A DNA stretch of 42,420 bases from Deltaproteobacteria bacterium (lineage in GTDB: Bacteria; Myxococcota_A; UBA9160; SMWR01), in NCBI GenBank assembly GCA_032128375.1, contig JAQBGU010000213.1, positions 1-42,420 of the forward strand. The letters are read 5' to 3'. The translations under genes were made by a program, and so were the position numbers. Position 1 is the stretch's first letter, and each line of letters opens with the position of its first letter. Below, piece by piece: positions 27,522 to 36,687 of this stretch. Under the pieces are notes generated by a model. That model searched no databases, had not been told where the DNA came from, and was given only the letters and a program-made list of their open reading frames with translations.

Positions 27522-27956
27522 TGCGGGTCCTGGTTCATTCGGGTGGAAGGGAATGTGAAAGTCAGCCTTGCCATGGACGCATACTACATCGAGATCCGGG
27601 GCGCGGAGAACTTCACGCCCAAAGGTTTCGGCGCCGACTCTGTCCGCTGGTACGCGGTAGGTCTATCCGCGCAGAGACGATACCGTCCGGGTCGGGTCTC
27701 GTCAGCCGTGATCAGACCCGGTGCGGATCCCGCACTTCCTGAGCAGGCGAACTCGGTCAGCCGTCCGCACTCGTCCGCCTCATTCTGACTCGGATACACG
27801 AAAATTTTCGCCACTCGCCGATGCCGTGTGATAATTTGACACCAGCCCGAGTTGAATTCAGCTACAGCTTCAGATCGCCAGAAACATTGTCGACACCACT
27901 TTGTCAACAGGAAAGGTGAGCCTGGCCGGCCTCTGGGGCGCTTCTCTGGAGTCCAA

Positions 27957-30900
27957 ATGAAGCCGCCTCGAATCCTGTCGCTCCCTCTTCTGGGGTCCCC
28001 GCTGGTTGCGGGATTGGTCTCGGCTCTCGTCTTCGCGCTTCCCGCGTCTGCCGACTTCGACTACCAGGTCTATGACGGTAGTTTCGACATACTCCCCGAC
28101 TTCACGGTCCTCGTACCGATCGCGAGTGGACAGTCCCCGACCATCGCTCTGTCGGTAACGACACAGACCGATACCTTTGGCCTCGTGTTCACGAACCAGT
28201 TGAATTCCCCGTCGGCCGGAGATTTCGAGTTCTTCACCAACTCCGATGACGGCTCTCGGCTCTACGTCGACGGCGGTCTCGTGGTCGATAACGACGGCCT
28301 GCATGCATCCAAGCTCGTATCCGCTACGGTGACACTGGCCGCGGGTGTGCACTCGTTACGAGTGGAGTTCTTCGAGAAGACTGGCGGCCAGGTTCTCGAC
28401 GTCGGCTATCGAACAGGAAATCCCGCCTACGAGCCGATTCCCGCCGACGGCCAGCTCAGCGTCGTTGCCGTGAACGAATCGGAGGTCGGCGTATGGGGAC
28501 CAGTGATTCCCTGGCCCGAGATCGCAATCTCGGCGGCCAACCTGCCCGACGGACGCGTTGTCACCTGGTCCTCCACAGAAACGAACGCGTTCCCATCCGG
28601 CCCCACCTTCACACACGCCTCCGTGTTCGACCCCGCAACGGAGTTGTTCCTCACCGTCGACAACAATTTTCACGACATGTTCTGCGCGGGCATCGCCACG
28701 CTGGAGAGCGGCGTCATCGTCGCGTCCGGTGGAAATCCAAGCGATCGCAGGTCGTCGAGTTTCAATCCGGCGACGCTCAGCTGGTCACCGAACGCGGATA
28801 TGAATGATCTGCGCTGGTACAGCGCGAACGCCGTGCTGCCCAACAACACCATCTTCGCCAGCTTCGCGAAGGACGCTGGGAACCGATCCGAGGTCTACGA
28901 CCCCGCTACCAATACCTGGACACCCACGCCGAACGCCAACATGCAGACGCTGGTCGACGAGCAGAACGCGATCCAGGCAGCCCCGAACCCCAGCGACGCG
29001 CTCAGCCAGGAATGGTGGGCGCACATCGCCGTCACTCCCATTGGCGACGTCTTCCAGGGCGGCCCCACACAGACCTGGCATCGCTTCGATCCAATCGGTG
29101 GTGCCCCGAACGTCGTGCTCGGTCAACCGATTGGCGACGTGTCGCGGATGTACGGTAACGCCGTGACGTACGACGCGGGCAAGGTCCTGCTCGTCGGCGG
29201 ATCAGACAGACGCTCTTTGACGCCGACCTCCGTCAACAACGTCTACCGGGTCGATCTCAACGGCCCGGCGCCCAGCGTTACGGCCGGTGCGCCGATGAAC
29301 TTTCCGCGCGCACTCAGCAACACCGTGACACTGCCGAACGGCGAACTCCTGGTCATCGGCGGCAATACGGTCGGAAAGATCTTCTCAGACGAGGGATCCG
29401 TCCTACCTGCAGAGATCTACTCCCCCGCGACTGACTCGTGGACCGTCGTCGATAGCCTCACGATTCCCCGCAACTACCACTCGACGGCCTTGCTGCTGAA
29501 GGATGCGCGGGTTCTTTCCGCTGGCGGTGGAGCCTGCGGCAATGGCTGCGCGGCCAACCACCTCGACGGCCAGATCTACTCCCCTCCCTACTTGTTCGAA
29601 AGCGACAACTCGCCGGCCGTGCGCCCTACCCTGTCAGTTCCGCCTGCGAGCCAGGTCCAAGCCGGTGATGACCTCGTCGTGGCCGCGAGCCCGGGAACGA
29701 CATCGTTTTCGATCGTGCGCCTCTCGGGCACGACGCATCACCTCAACACGGACCAGCGCCGCCTGCCCTTGTCTTCGCTCGATAACGGGGACGGCACCTT
29801 CACCGTGAGCTTTCCGGTGAACCCAAACGTCTTGATCGTGGGAAATTACTGGTTGTTCGCGCTCGATGCCGACGGGACACCGTCTATCGGTGAGACCGTT
29901 CAGGTCCTACGCGAACCGACTCCCGAACCCGAGCCCGAGGGCGTGTACCTCTCTGACCTGCTGTGGGCGTCCGAACAGAACGGCCTCGGCCCTGCGGAGC
30001 GAGATCGCAGTAACGGCGAGAACGGCGCTGCAGACGGTGGCCCGATCACGCTCGACGGCGTCGTGTACTCGAAGGGCATCGGAGCACACGCCTATTCGGA
30101 GATCGACGTGTCGATCAACGGGCAGTACAACCGATTCCTGGCCGACATCGGTCTCGACGACGAGCGCGACGGTGTTTGCGGTGACGTTAGTTTCGAGATT
30201 GATCTCGATGGGAGCAACGTCTACGCGAGCGGCAGCTTCGTCGATTCGACTGCGACAGCGAGCGTCGATCTCGACGTCACTGGGGCAGCCACGCTCACGC
30301 TCCGGATTCTCGACAACGGCGACGCCTGTGGCGATCACGGCGACTGGGCGGATGCGCGCCTCATCCCAACCGAACTCCCCGGCTATCGCTACTACCGCTT
30401 CCGTCAAACGAAGCTACGCGATGAGCTGACCGCCAACAGCATCCAGCTCGCCGAGCTCTCGCTTTTCGATCAGGGCGTACGCCTTCACGCCACGACGGTC
30501 TCGAATCCGGGAGGCAACAACCCTCCTGCAGAGCAGCCCGCCGACGCGGACGATGCCGACGTGAATACGAAGTGGCTGGATCTCAACTTCGGTTCGCTCG
30601 TGTACGACTACGGAGCCAATGTCGTCGTCGACGCTTACAGCATCACGACAGCCAACGATGCTGCGCAAAGGGACCCGGTTCGGTGGTTCTTCGAGGGCAG
30701 TAAAGACGGCCTGGTCTGGGACATCCTCGACGATCAAAGCGGGCAGGACTTCCCGACTCCGACTGCGAGGCTCACCGAAATCGCGCCGATCGATCTGCTG
30801 CCGCTGAGCGCTATCGCTCCGCTGCCGGACGCACCGCGGCATTCGACCACGCTGATCGTCGAAACGAGCAGTGGCGCTGATCGGATCTGGAATGTGAACC

Positions 30901-33062
30901 CCGACAACGACAGCGTCACGGTCTCCGATGACGCAGGCAACAAACTGGCCGAAATTCCGGTCGGCGATGCGCCCTGGTCCCTGGCCAAGCAGCCCGCGAG
31001 CGATCGCGTGTTCGTTACCAACAAGCTCTCATCAACGATCACGGTGATCGACAGCATCCTGCTCGCGGTCGAGCATAGCGTCAGCCTCGCCCGCGGCGCG
31101 CAGCCACACGGCATCGTGTTCAACTCGGATGGGTCGAACTATTTCGTCGTGCTCGAGTCCCTGGCGATGCTCGAAAAGCGACTCGCCGTGGACGATTCAC
31201 TGCTCGGAAACCTGCAACTGAGCGGTAGGCCGCAGCAGGTTTCGATGCGTTACGACGACTCTCGGCTGTTCGTGAGCAACTTCGTCACGCCGCCGATCCC
31301 AGGCGAAAGCACGCTGACCGTCGATGTCGCAAATGGCGCCGCCCAGATCTTCCCCGTCGACCCAGCGACACTCGCGCTGGGGTCGACGATCGAGTTACCC
31401 CACGACGATCGCCCGCTATCCGAAGTGCAGGGACCCGGGATGCCCAACTACCTGGGGCCGGCCGTCGTCAGCTTCGACGAACAGTACGCGTACATCCCGA
31501 GCAAGAAGGACCACGTCAAGTCCGGCACACTGCGCGGGATCGCGGGCATGAGTTTCGATTCGACGGTGCGCGCGAATTCTTCGCGGATCAGTCTGACGAC
31601 CGAACTCGAGGACCCGAGCTTCCGCGTCGACCACGACAACTCGAGCGTCGCGACCGGCGCCGCGCTGAGCGGAGACGATCGCTATCTATTCATCACGTTG
31701 GAAACGAGCCGAGAACTCGCCGTCTACGATATTCAAAGCGGCTTCCAACTCATGCGGCTGCCGACGGGTCGCGCGCCGCAGAGCGTGGCGCTATCGACGG
31801 ATGGGACACGCGCCTACGTGCACAACTATCTCGACCGGAGCATCTCGCGTTTCAACCTGACCGAGATGTTGCAGACAAACCTTCCGGCAACGAATTTGCT
31901 GACGCCGATCGACCTCGTGAGCGCGGAGGCGCTCAGCGCCACTGTGTTGCTCGGGAAGCAACACTTCTACGACGCGGCTGATGATCGCATCGCGCTCAAC
32001 AACTACATCAGCTGTGCGTCGTGCCACAAAGACGGCAAGGACGACGGTCGCGTGTGGGACCTCGGTGCGTTTGGCGAAGGTGTGCGAAAGACGATCTCGC
32101 TGCGCGGCCGGGGCAGTGATCACGGCCGACCGCATTGGACGGGTAACTTCGACGAAATCCACGACTTCGAAAATCAGGTCCGTGCACTGAATATGGGAAC
32201 GGGCTTTCTGACGATCTCGGAATTCTTGGCGACGATCGATCCGCTTGGCGCGCCCAAGGCGGGCCTGAGTCCCGATCTCGACGCGCTAGCCGCCTACGTC
32301 GAGTCGCTGACGGTCGGTATCGAGAGCCCGCACCGACCGAGCCCCAGCACGCTGAGTGCGAGCGCACAGCTCGGCCAGTCCGAGTTCGCCGCCCAGGGCT
32401 GCATCAGCTGCCACGCGCTGACACAACTCACCGATTCGCCGAGCGCTTTGCGCCACGACATCGGGACGATCGACGCCGCCAGTGGACAGCGACTCGGTGC
32501 CTCCTTGGACGGCTTCGATACGCCCGGCCTGCTGGGCGCGTGGGCAAGCCCGCCCTACCTGCACGACGGACAGGCGCAAACGTTGGAAGCGGCGATTACC
32601 GCTCACGATGCCTTTGCGAGCCTGTCGCCGACGATCGCGAGCGAACTAGCGACCTTCATCCGCGAAGCGGAGCTCAGCGACCTCAGCGCGTTCTTGGACA
32701 CGGATGGCGACGAAACGCTCGACGTCAACGATCCCGCACCCAACGACCCCTGTAATCCCACCCTATGGGTGATGGCCTGCCCCGTGGACACCGACTTCGA
32801 TGGCGTTGCGGATTACCAGGAAGGTGAGTTCGTCGACAGCGATGGCGACGGCTTGTTCGACTACGAAGAATCTGCGCTGCTGGACAGCGACCTCGACGGC
32901 ATCGTCGACCAGGACGACTCGCACAACGAGAACTTCTGCTTGCCGAATGCGAGTTTGTGCTCCTCATCGTTACCCACGATGTCTTTTGCTCTAGAGGGAA
33001 CTCTCATGCTGCTATTGGCTGGTGCCGGGGCGGTGGTTCTTCGGGAGCGAAGGACGGGTTGA
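27957..33062 (+). CDS. Multidomain surface protein: PA14 + AA5 copper radical oxidase + NPCBM + discoidin-like + YVTN beta-propeller + di-heme cytochrome c + Ca-binding repeats + C-terminal anchor
   Basis: ATG 27957 with GGAG RBS and signal peptide. Motifs in order: NSDDGSRLYVDG (PA14); HDMFC, RWY, RNYHS, TTH (galactose oxidase); VYLSDL..KGIGAHA..DHGDWADARL (NPCBM); YRYYRF..ANDA..RDP (discoidin-like); IPVGDAP and PTGRAPQSV (propeller); CASCH and CISCH; DTDGD repeats; LPTMS-TM-RERR. Confidence 0.9.
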   Translation: MKPPRILSLPLLGSPLVAGLVSALVFALPASADFDYQVYDGSFDILPDFTVLVPIASGQSPTIALSVTTQTDTFGLVFTNQLNSPSAGDFEFFTNSDDGSRLYVDGGLVVDNDGLHASKLVSATVTLAAGVHSLRVEFFEKTGGQVLDVGYRTGNPAYEPIPADGQLSVVAVNESEVGVWGPVIPWPEIAISAANLPDGRVVTWSSTETNAFPSGPTFTHASVFDPATELFLTVDNNFHDMFCAGIATLESGVIVASGGNPSDRRSSSFNPATLSWSPNADMNDLRWYSANAVLPNNTIFASFAKDAGNRSEVYDPATNTWTPTPNANMQTLVDEQNAIQAAPNPSDALSQEWWAHIAVTPIGDVFQGGPTQTWHRFDPIGGAPNVVLGQPIGDVSRMYGNAVTYDAGKVLLVGGSDRRSLTPTSVNNVYRVDLNGPAPSVTAGAPMNFPRALSNTVTLPNGELLVIGGNTVGKIFSDEGSVLPAEIYSPATDSWTVVDSLTIPRNYHSTALLLKDARVLSAGGGACGNGCAANHLDGQIYSPPYLFESDNSPAVRPTLSVPPASQVQAGDDLVVAASPGTTSFSIVRLSGTTHHLNTDQRRLPLSSLDNGDGTFTVSFPVNPNVLIVGNYWLFALDADGTPSIGETVQVLREPTPEPEPEGVYLSDLLWASEQNGLGPAERDRSNGENGAADGGPITLDGVVYSKGIGAHAYSEIDVSINGQYNRFLADIGLDDERDGVCGDVSFEIDLDGSNVYASGSFVDSTATASVDLDVTGAATLTLRILDNGDACGDHGDWADARLIPTELPGYRYYRFRQTKLRDELTANSIQLAELSLFDQGVRLHATTVSNPGGNNPPAEQPADADDADVNTKWLDLNFGSLVYDYGANVVVDAYSITTANDAAQRDPVRWFFEGSKDGLVWDILDDQSGQDFPTPTARLTEIAPIDLLPLSAIAPLPDAPRHSTTLIVETSSGADRIWNVNPDNDSVTVSDDAGNKLAEIPVGDAPWSLAKQPASDRVFVTNKLSSTITVIDSILLAVEHSVSLARGAQPHGIVFNSDGSNYFVVLESLAMLEKRLAVDDSLLGNLQLSGRPQQVSMRYDDSRLFVSNFVTPPIPGESTLTVDVANGAAQIFPVDPATLALGSTIELPHDDRPLSEVQGPGMPNYLGPAVVSFDEQYAYIPSKKDHVKSGTLRGIAGMSFDSTVRANSSRISLTTELEDPSFRVDHDNSSVATGAALSGDDRYLFITLETSRELAVYDIQSGFQLMRLPTGRAPQSVALSTDGTRAYVHNYLDRSISRFNLTEMLQTNLPATNLLTPIDLVSAEALSATVLLGKQHFYDAADDRIALNNYISCASCHKDGKDDGRVWDLGAFGEGVRKTISLRGRGSDHGRPHWTGNFDEIHDFENQVRALNMGTGFLTISEFLATIDPLGAPKAGLSPDLDALAAYVESLTVGIESPHRPSPSTLSASAQLGQSEFAAQGCISCHALTQLTDSPSALRHDIGTIDAASGQRLGASLDGFDTPGLLGAWASPPYLHDGQAQTLEAAITAHDAFASLSPTIASELATFIREAELSDLSAFLDTDGDETLDVNDPAPNDPCNPTLWVMACPVDTDFDGVADYQEGEFVDSDGDGLFDYEESALLDSDLDGIVDQDDSHNENFCLPNASLCSSSLPTMSFALEGTLMLLLAGAGAVVLRERRTG

Positions 33063-33088
33063 GCTCAACGCGTCAACCGCCACCGAAA

Positions 33089-33628
33089 ATGACGACTCGG
33101 AGCCGACCGCTGGGCATGTCAAAGTCACGCGATACCGGGGATTCGCGAAACATCGGTGGCGGTCGGCTGCGACTGCGGTGTACTCACCTGCTACTCGTGG
33201 CGCTCCTGGTCGGCCCCGGGGCGGGGTGCGACCCCGTAGACTCGGGTTCCAGTGCGGTCGCGTCCGCATCGCCGCCCGAATCCCCCGCGGTCTGGAAACC
33301 GGTCACATCGATCGCCGGTCGCTACACAATCGAGCTACGACCGGCAACCCCGCCCATCGTACTGGGCGAAATTCACGACTGGGTCATCCGCCTTTCGAGG
33401 ACGGATGGCGGGGCCGCGAGGACTGTGAGGGTTTCTCTCGATGGAGGCATGCCAGCACACGGGCATGGGTTTACGACCTCGCCACGCGTCACCCGAGCGC
33501 TGGGCGAGGGCGAGTACCTCGTGGAGGGCGTGAAGTTCCACATGGCGGGAGACTGGCAACTCCGAGTTCTCGTGACCGACTCCGAAGGAAGCGATGGGAT
33601 CGCAGTCCCGCTCTCGCTGGCCCCTTGA
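33089..33628 (+). CDS. YtkA/FixH-like Ig-fold lipoprotein with His/Met motif (putative Cu-binding)
   Basis: Lipobox GAGC, GGMPAHGHGF, GEYLVEGVKFHMAGDWQL. Start is ATG 33089 or 33116. Confidence 0.8.
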   Translation: MTTRSRPLGMSKSRDTGDSRNIGGGRLRLRCTHLLLVALLVGPGAGCDPVDSGSSAVASASPPESPAVWKPVTSIAGRYTIELRPATPPIVLGEIHDWVIRLSRTDGGAARTVRVSLDGGMPAHGHGFTTSPRVTRALGEGEYLVEGVKFHMAGDWQLRVLVTDSEGSDGIAVPLSLAP

Positions 33629-34965
33629 GCACCCAAGGCGAGCTTCCCGCGATCGTTCTGTTGGTGTGTAGCCTGTCGTATTACGCGGGCTGCGACGCGC
33701 GGAAAGACCAGCCGACTGATCCGCAACGGTCGGACTCAGCAACGCCGGCACTCGATACGTGGAATGCACCCGAGCTCGCACTGCTCGAATCTCTCGCGAT
33801 TGCGGCGCTGCCGCCAGCCCTGCGACAGCCATCGAACCGCGTCGCCGACGACCGCAACGCAGCCGAACTGGGCCATCGTCTGTTTTTCGACCCGTTTCTG
33901 TCGCGCAACGAGCGCGTCTCGTGCGCGACCTGTCACGTACCTGAGCTGCTCTTCACCGATGGGCGGGCCACGTCGCGCGGTGTCGCAGACACCTCTCGCA
34001 ACGCGCCAACCCTGGTGGGTGCGTCCCACTCTCCCTGGATGTACTGGGACGGACGCCGCGACAGCCTATGGGCACAGGCGCTCGCTCCGCTCGAAGCCTC
34101 GGCGGAGATGGGCAGTACGCGCGTAGCCGTCGTCCGCCAGGTCGCGGGCGACCCAGCGCTTTTGGCCCTCTACAAGCGCTCGTTCGGTGATCTGCCCCCG
34201 TTCGATGCACACGCGCGGTTCCCCGAGCGCGCAGGCCCATTTGGCACGCCCGACGAGCAGGCCGCGTGGCAGCAGATGGCGGCCCGCGATCGTCTAGCCG
34301 TCGACGAGGCATTCGCCAACATCGGCAAAGCCATCGCCGCCTATGAGCGCCGGCTCGTACCCGGCGCTTCTCGCTTCGATCGATACGTCGCACAGCTGCG
34401 CGCGGGTGAACCGAGCGCCGCTGCGGCGACGCTGAGTGACGAGGAGATTCGGGGCCTGCGGCTGTTCATCGATGTCGGGCGAACCCTTTGTCTGCGCTGC
34501 CACAATGGTCCGATGCTGACGAACCAGAGCTTCCATGACGTGGGCACCGCGAGTGGGGCCGGTCCACTACCCGACTTCGGACGCTTTCTGGGTATCCAGG
34601 CGGTCTTGATCGATCCGTTCAACTGCCTGGGTAGCTTCAGCGACGCGAAGCCAGACCAGTGTCGCGAGCTTCGGTTCCTCGACAAGGCCCACATTGGCCG
34701 GGAAATCGGTAAATTCAAAACACCTACACTACGCGGCGTAGCGCGCACCGCCCCCTACATGCACGACGGTCGCTTCGCGACGCTGGCTGAAGTGATCGCG
34801 CACTACCGAACACCTCCTGCCAGTGCCGGGCAGGTGGAGATCACTCCGCTCGAAATCAACGACGAGGAAGGCCGCGAACTGGCCGCTTTCCTCGCTAGCC
34901 TCGACGGAGGAGTAAACCTGGCAGACCGCTGGCTCCGGGCTCCGGCGGACACCGCCACACGGTGA
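33625..34965 (+). CDS. Di-heme cytochrome c peroxidase-family lipoprotein (MauG/MbnH-like)
   Basis: TTG 33625 overlaps the upstream stop (TTGA). Lipobox YAGC; LGHRLFFD, SCATCH, RNAPTL, WDGR, QALAP..EMG, GLRLF..CLRCH, FKTPTLR, TAPYMHDG...VIAHY. Confidence 0.92.
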   Translation: MSTQGELPAIVLLVCSLSYYAGCDARKDQPTDPQRSDSATPALDTWNAPELALLESLAIAALPPALRQPSNRVADDRNAAELGHRLFFDPFLSRNERVSCATCHVPELLFTDGRATSRGVADTSRNAPTLVGASHSPWMYWDGRRDSLWAQALAPLEASAEMGSTRVAVVRQVAGDPALLALYKRSFGDLPPFDAHARFPERAGPFGTPDEQAAWQQMAARDRLAVDEAFANIGKAIAAYERRLVPGASRFDRYVAQLRAGEPSAAAATLSDEEIRGLRLFIDVGRTLCLRCHNGPMLTNQSFHDVGTASGAGPLPDFGRFLGIQAVLIDPFNCLGSFSDAKPDQCRELRFLDKAHIGREIGKFKTPTLRGVARTAPYMHDGRFATLAEVIAHYRTPPASAGQVEITPLEINDEEGRELAAFLASLDGGVNLADRWLRAPADTATR

Positions 34966-35096
34966 GGCGGCTGATTCTCTATGACGGACTAACACAACGT
35001 GAGAGGGTCATGCTGTGGGACGCATGGGGCAGTCGTGGGGCAGATTCTAGCGTGACGACAGCGCCGTAACTCGTTGGAATCGTTGAACTGAACCGT

Positions 35097-36407
35097 CTAC
35101 AGGCGAACCATTCCCAGTTTCGCCAGTCGCTCGAAGTAGCCGGGAAACGTCTTCGACACACAGCCCGGGTTCCGAATTTCGACGTCGCCAACCATGGCAA
35201 AGGCCATGGCCATTCTATGGTCATCGTAGGTGTCGATGGCGACGCCGGCGTTCGGCCCGTTTGCGGGCGGCTCGATGTGCAACCCATCGGCCAGCTCTTC
35301 GACCTTCGCTCCGAGCTTTCGCAACTCGGTCGTCGCGGCGGCCAATCGGTCCGTTTCGTGGTGACGTAAGATCTCGACGCCGCGAATCGTCGTGGGTCCC
35401 TTCGCGAACAGCGCAGCGACTGCCAGCGTCAACGACATGTCGGGCATATCAGCCAGGTTGATGTCGATTCCAGCCAATCGGCCCACGCCGCGCACGCGTG
35501 TCGAATCGCTGGTTTGATCGACACGGGCTCCCATCCGCTCGAGCACGTCGCAGAAGTGCGCATCGCCCTGAACACTATCGGCCCCGAGTCCTGCGATGCC
35601 CGCCTCGCCGCCGTGGATCGCAGCGAGCGCGAGAAAATAGCTCGCCGATGAGGCATCGGGCTCGACCGCGTAGTCACGTGCCGTGAGCGAGCTCGGCTCG
35701 ATCGCGATCTCGTTTTCGGCGATCCAGTGCGCACGGCCGCCGAAGTGCTCGAGAACGCGAATCGTCATGTCGACATAGGGGCGCGCTGGCGTGCCGTCGC
35801 GCAATACCACCCGGGTCGGTTGTTGCGCGAAATTGGCGGCGAGCACCATCGCAGAAACCAATTGTGATGAGGCCGGCCGCGAGAAGATCACCTCGCCACC
35901 CGTCAGCAGCGAGCCGGCGCCGATTTCGACCGGAAGATGCCCGTCCTCACCCAGGCATCGGATCGTGGCTCCCTGTTGTCGCAGCGCATCGAGCAATTGA
36001 CTCATCGGGCGCTCGCGCATCTGGGGTGCCGCATCGACTTCGATCGGCACATCGGTGTTGCCCGGGCTGGCCGCGAGCACCGCAGTCAAGAAGCGTCCAA
36101 CGGTTCCGGCCGCGCCCGCGAATAGCGGCCCCGAACCCGACGGCGCAGCGAACGTTCCGCATCGGCCTTCGATATCGAAGGTCGACTCGTCGACCTCGAC
36201 CACCCAAACGCCGAGCCGTTCGAGGCACGAGCGCATCCGTCGGCTGTCCTCGGCCAACAGCAGCCCCCTCAGGCGAGACCGACCGCGCGCCATCGCTGCG
36301 ATCAGCAGCGCTCGATTGGTCAGGCTCTTGGATCCCGGTGGCTGTATCCAATTGTCGAATCGATGGGGTCGACAGAGTCTGACACTAGGGACAGCGTTGG
36401 ATGACAT
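35097..36407 (-). CDS. aroA: 3-phosphoshikimate 1-carboxyvinyltransferase (EPSP synthase)
   Basis: PGSKSLTNR, AGTVGRFL, RERPM, SSQ, PYVDMT, EPDASSASYF, ETDRL, YDDHRMAMAF, CVSKTFPGYF. Confidence 0.96.
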   Translation of the reverse strand: MSSNAVPSVRLCRPHRFDNWIQPPGSKSLTNRALLIAAMARGRSRLRGLLLAEDSRRMRSCLERLGVWVVEVDESTFDIEGRCGTFAAPSGSGPLFAGAAGTVGRFLTAVLAASPGNTDVPIEVDAAPQMRERPMSQLLDALRQQGATIRCLGEDGHLPVEIGAGSLLTGGEVIFSRPASSQLVSAMVLAANFAQQPTRVVLRDGTPARPYVDMTIRVLEHFGGRAHWIAENEIAIEPSSLTARDYAVEPDASSASYFLALAAIHGGEAGIAGLGADSVQGDAHFCDVLERMGARVDQTSDSTRVRGVGRLAGIDINLADMPDMSLTLAVAALFAKGPTTIRGVEILRHHETDRLAAATTELRKLGAKVEELADGLHIEPPANGPNAGVAIDTYDDHRMAMAFAMVGDVEIRNPGCVSKTFPGYFERLAKLGMVRL

Positions 36408-36554
36408 GGTGGGGCTCAGGTCTCCAGAATGGCCGCAGGCGGCGTAATCGCGCGAAACAAGAGCCGGACTCTACCAACAATGCGGCCTCCAAAGCTCCGC
36501 GAGGTATTGCAACGCTGGCTGATGCCGCGAGCCCGGCTACGGGCGTTCCATCCC

Positions 36555-36571
36555 GTAACCGGATCGGTTAC
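36555..36571. promoter_or_regulatory. Perfect inverted repeat GTAACCG-N3-CGGTTAC, candidate operator
   Basis: Read directly in the divergent aroA / histidine kinase intergenic region. Confidence 0.35.
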
Positions 36572-36687
36572 AGCTGATCCCAGGTTCGATTCGTAGCCGT
36601 TTCCACCCGTATCACCCGTCTAATCCGCTTTACGGGTCGCGACAGAACACCGATACGACAGTCGGGGAATCGCCCTAGGGGTAGAAG

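Noticed and set aside
27573..27788. Small plus-strand ORF (MDAYYIEIRGAENFTPKGFG...), possibly a gene remnant
   Set aside because: The first half looks coding-like, but there is no RBS or recognisable family, so it cannot be supported without a search.
27887..27909. TTGTCGACA/TTGTCAACA repeat as an operator shared with 19131-19148
   Set aside because: The spacing differs between the two sites and GTCGAC is very frequent throughout this sequence.
33022..33624. N-terminal 201 aa of the 647-aa ORF
   Set aside because: It overlaps the YtkA-like gene in another frame; the real start is TTG 33625, followed by a lipoprotein signal.
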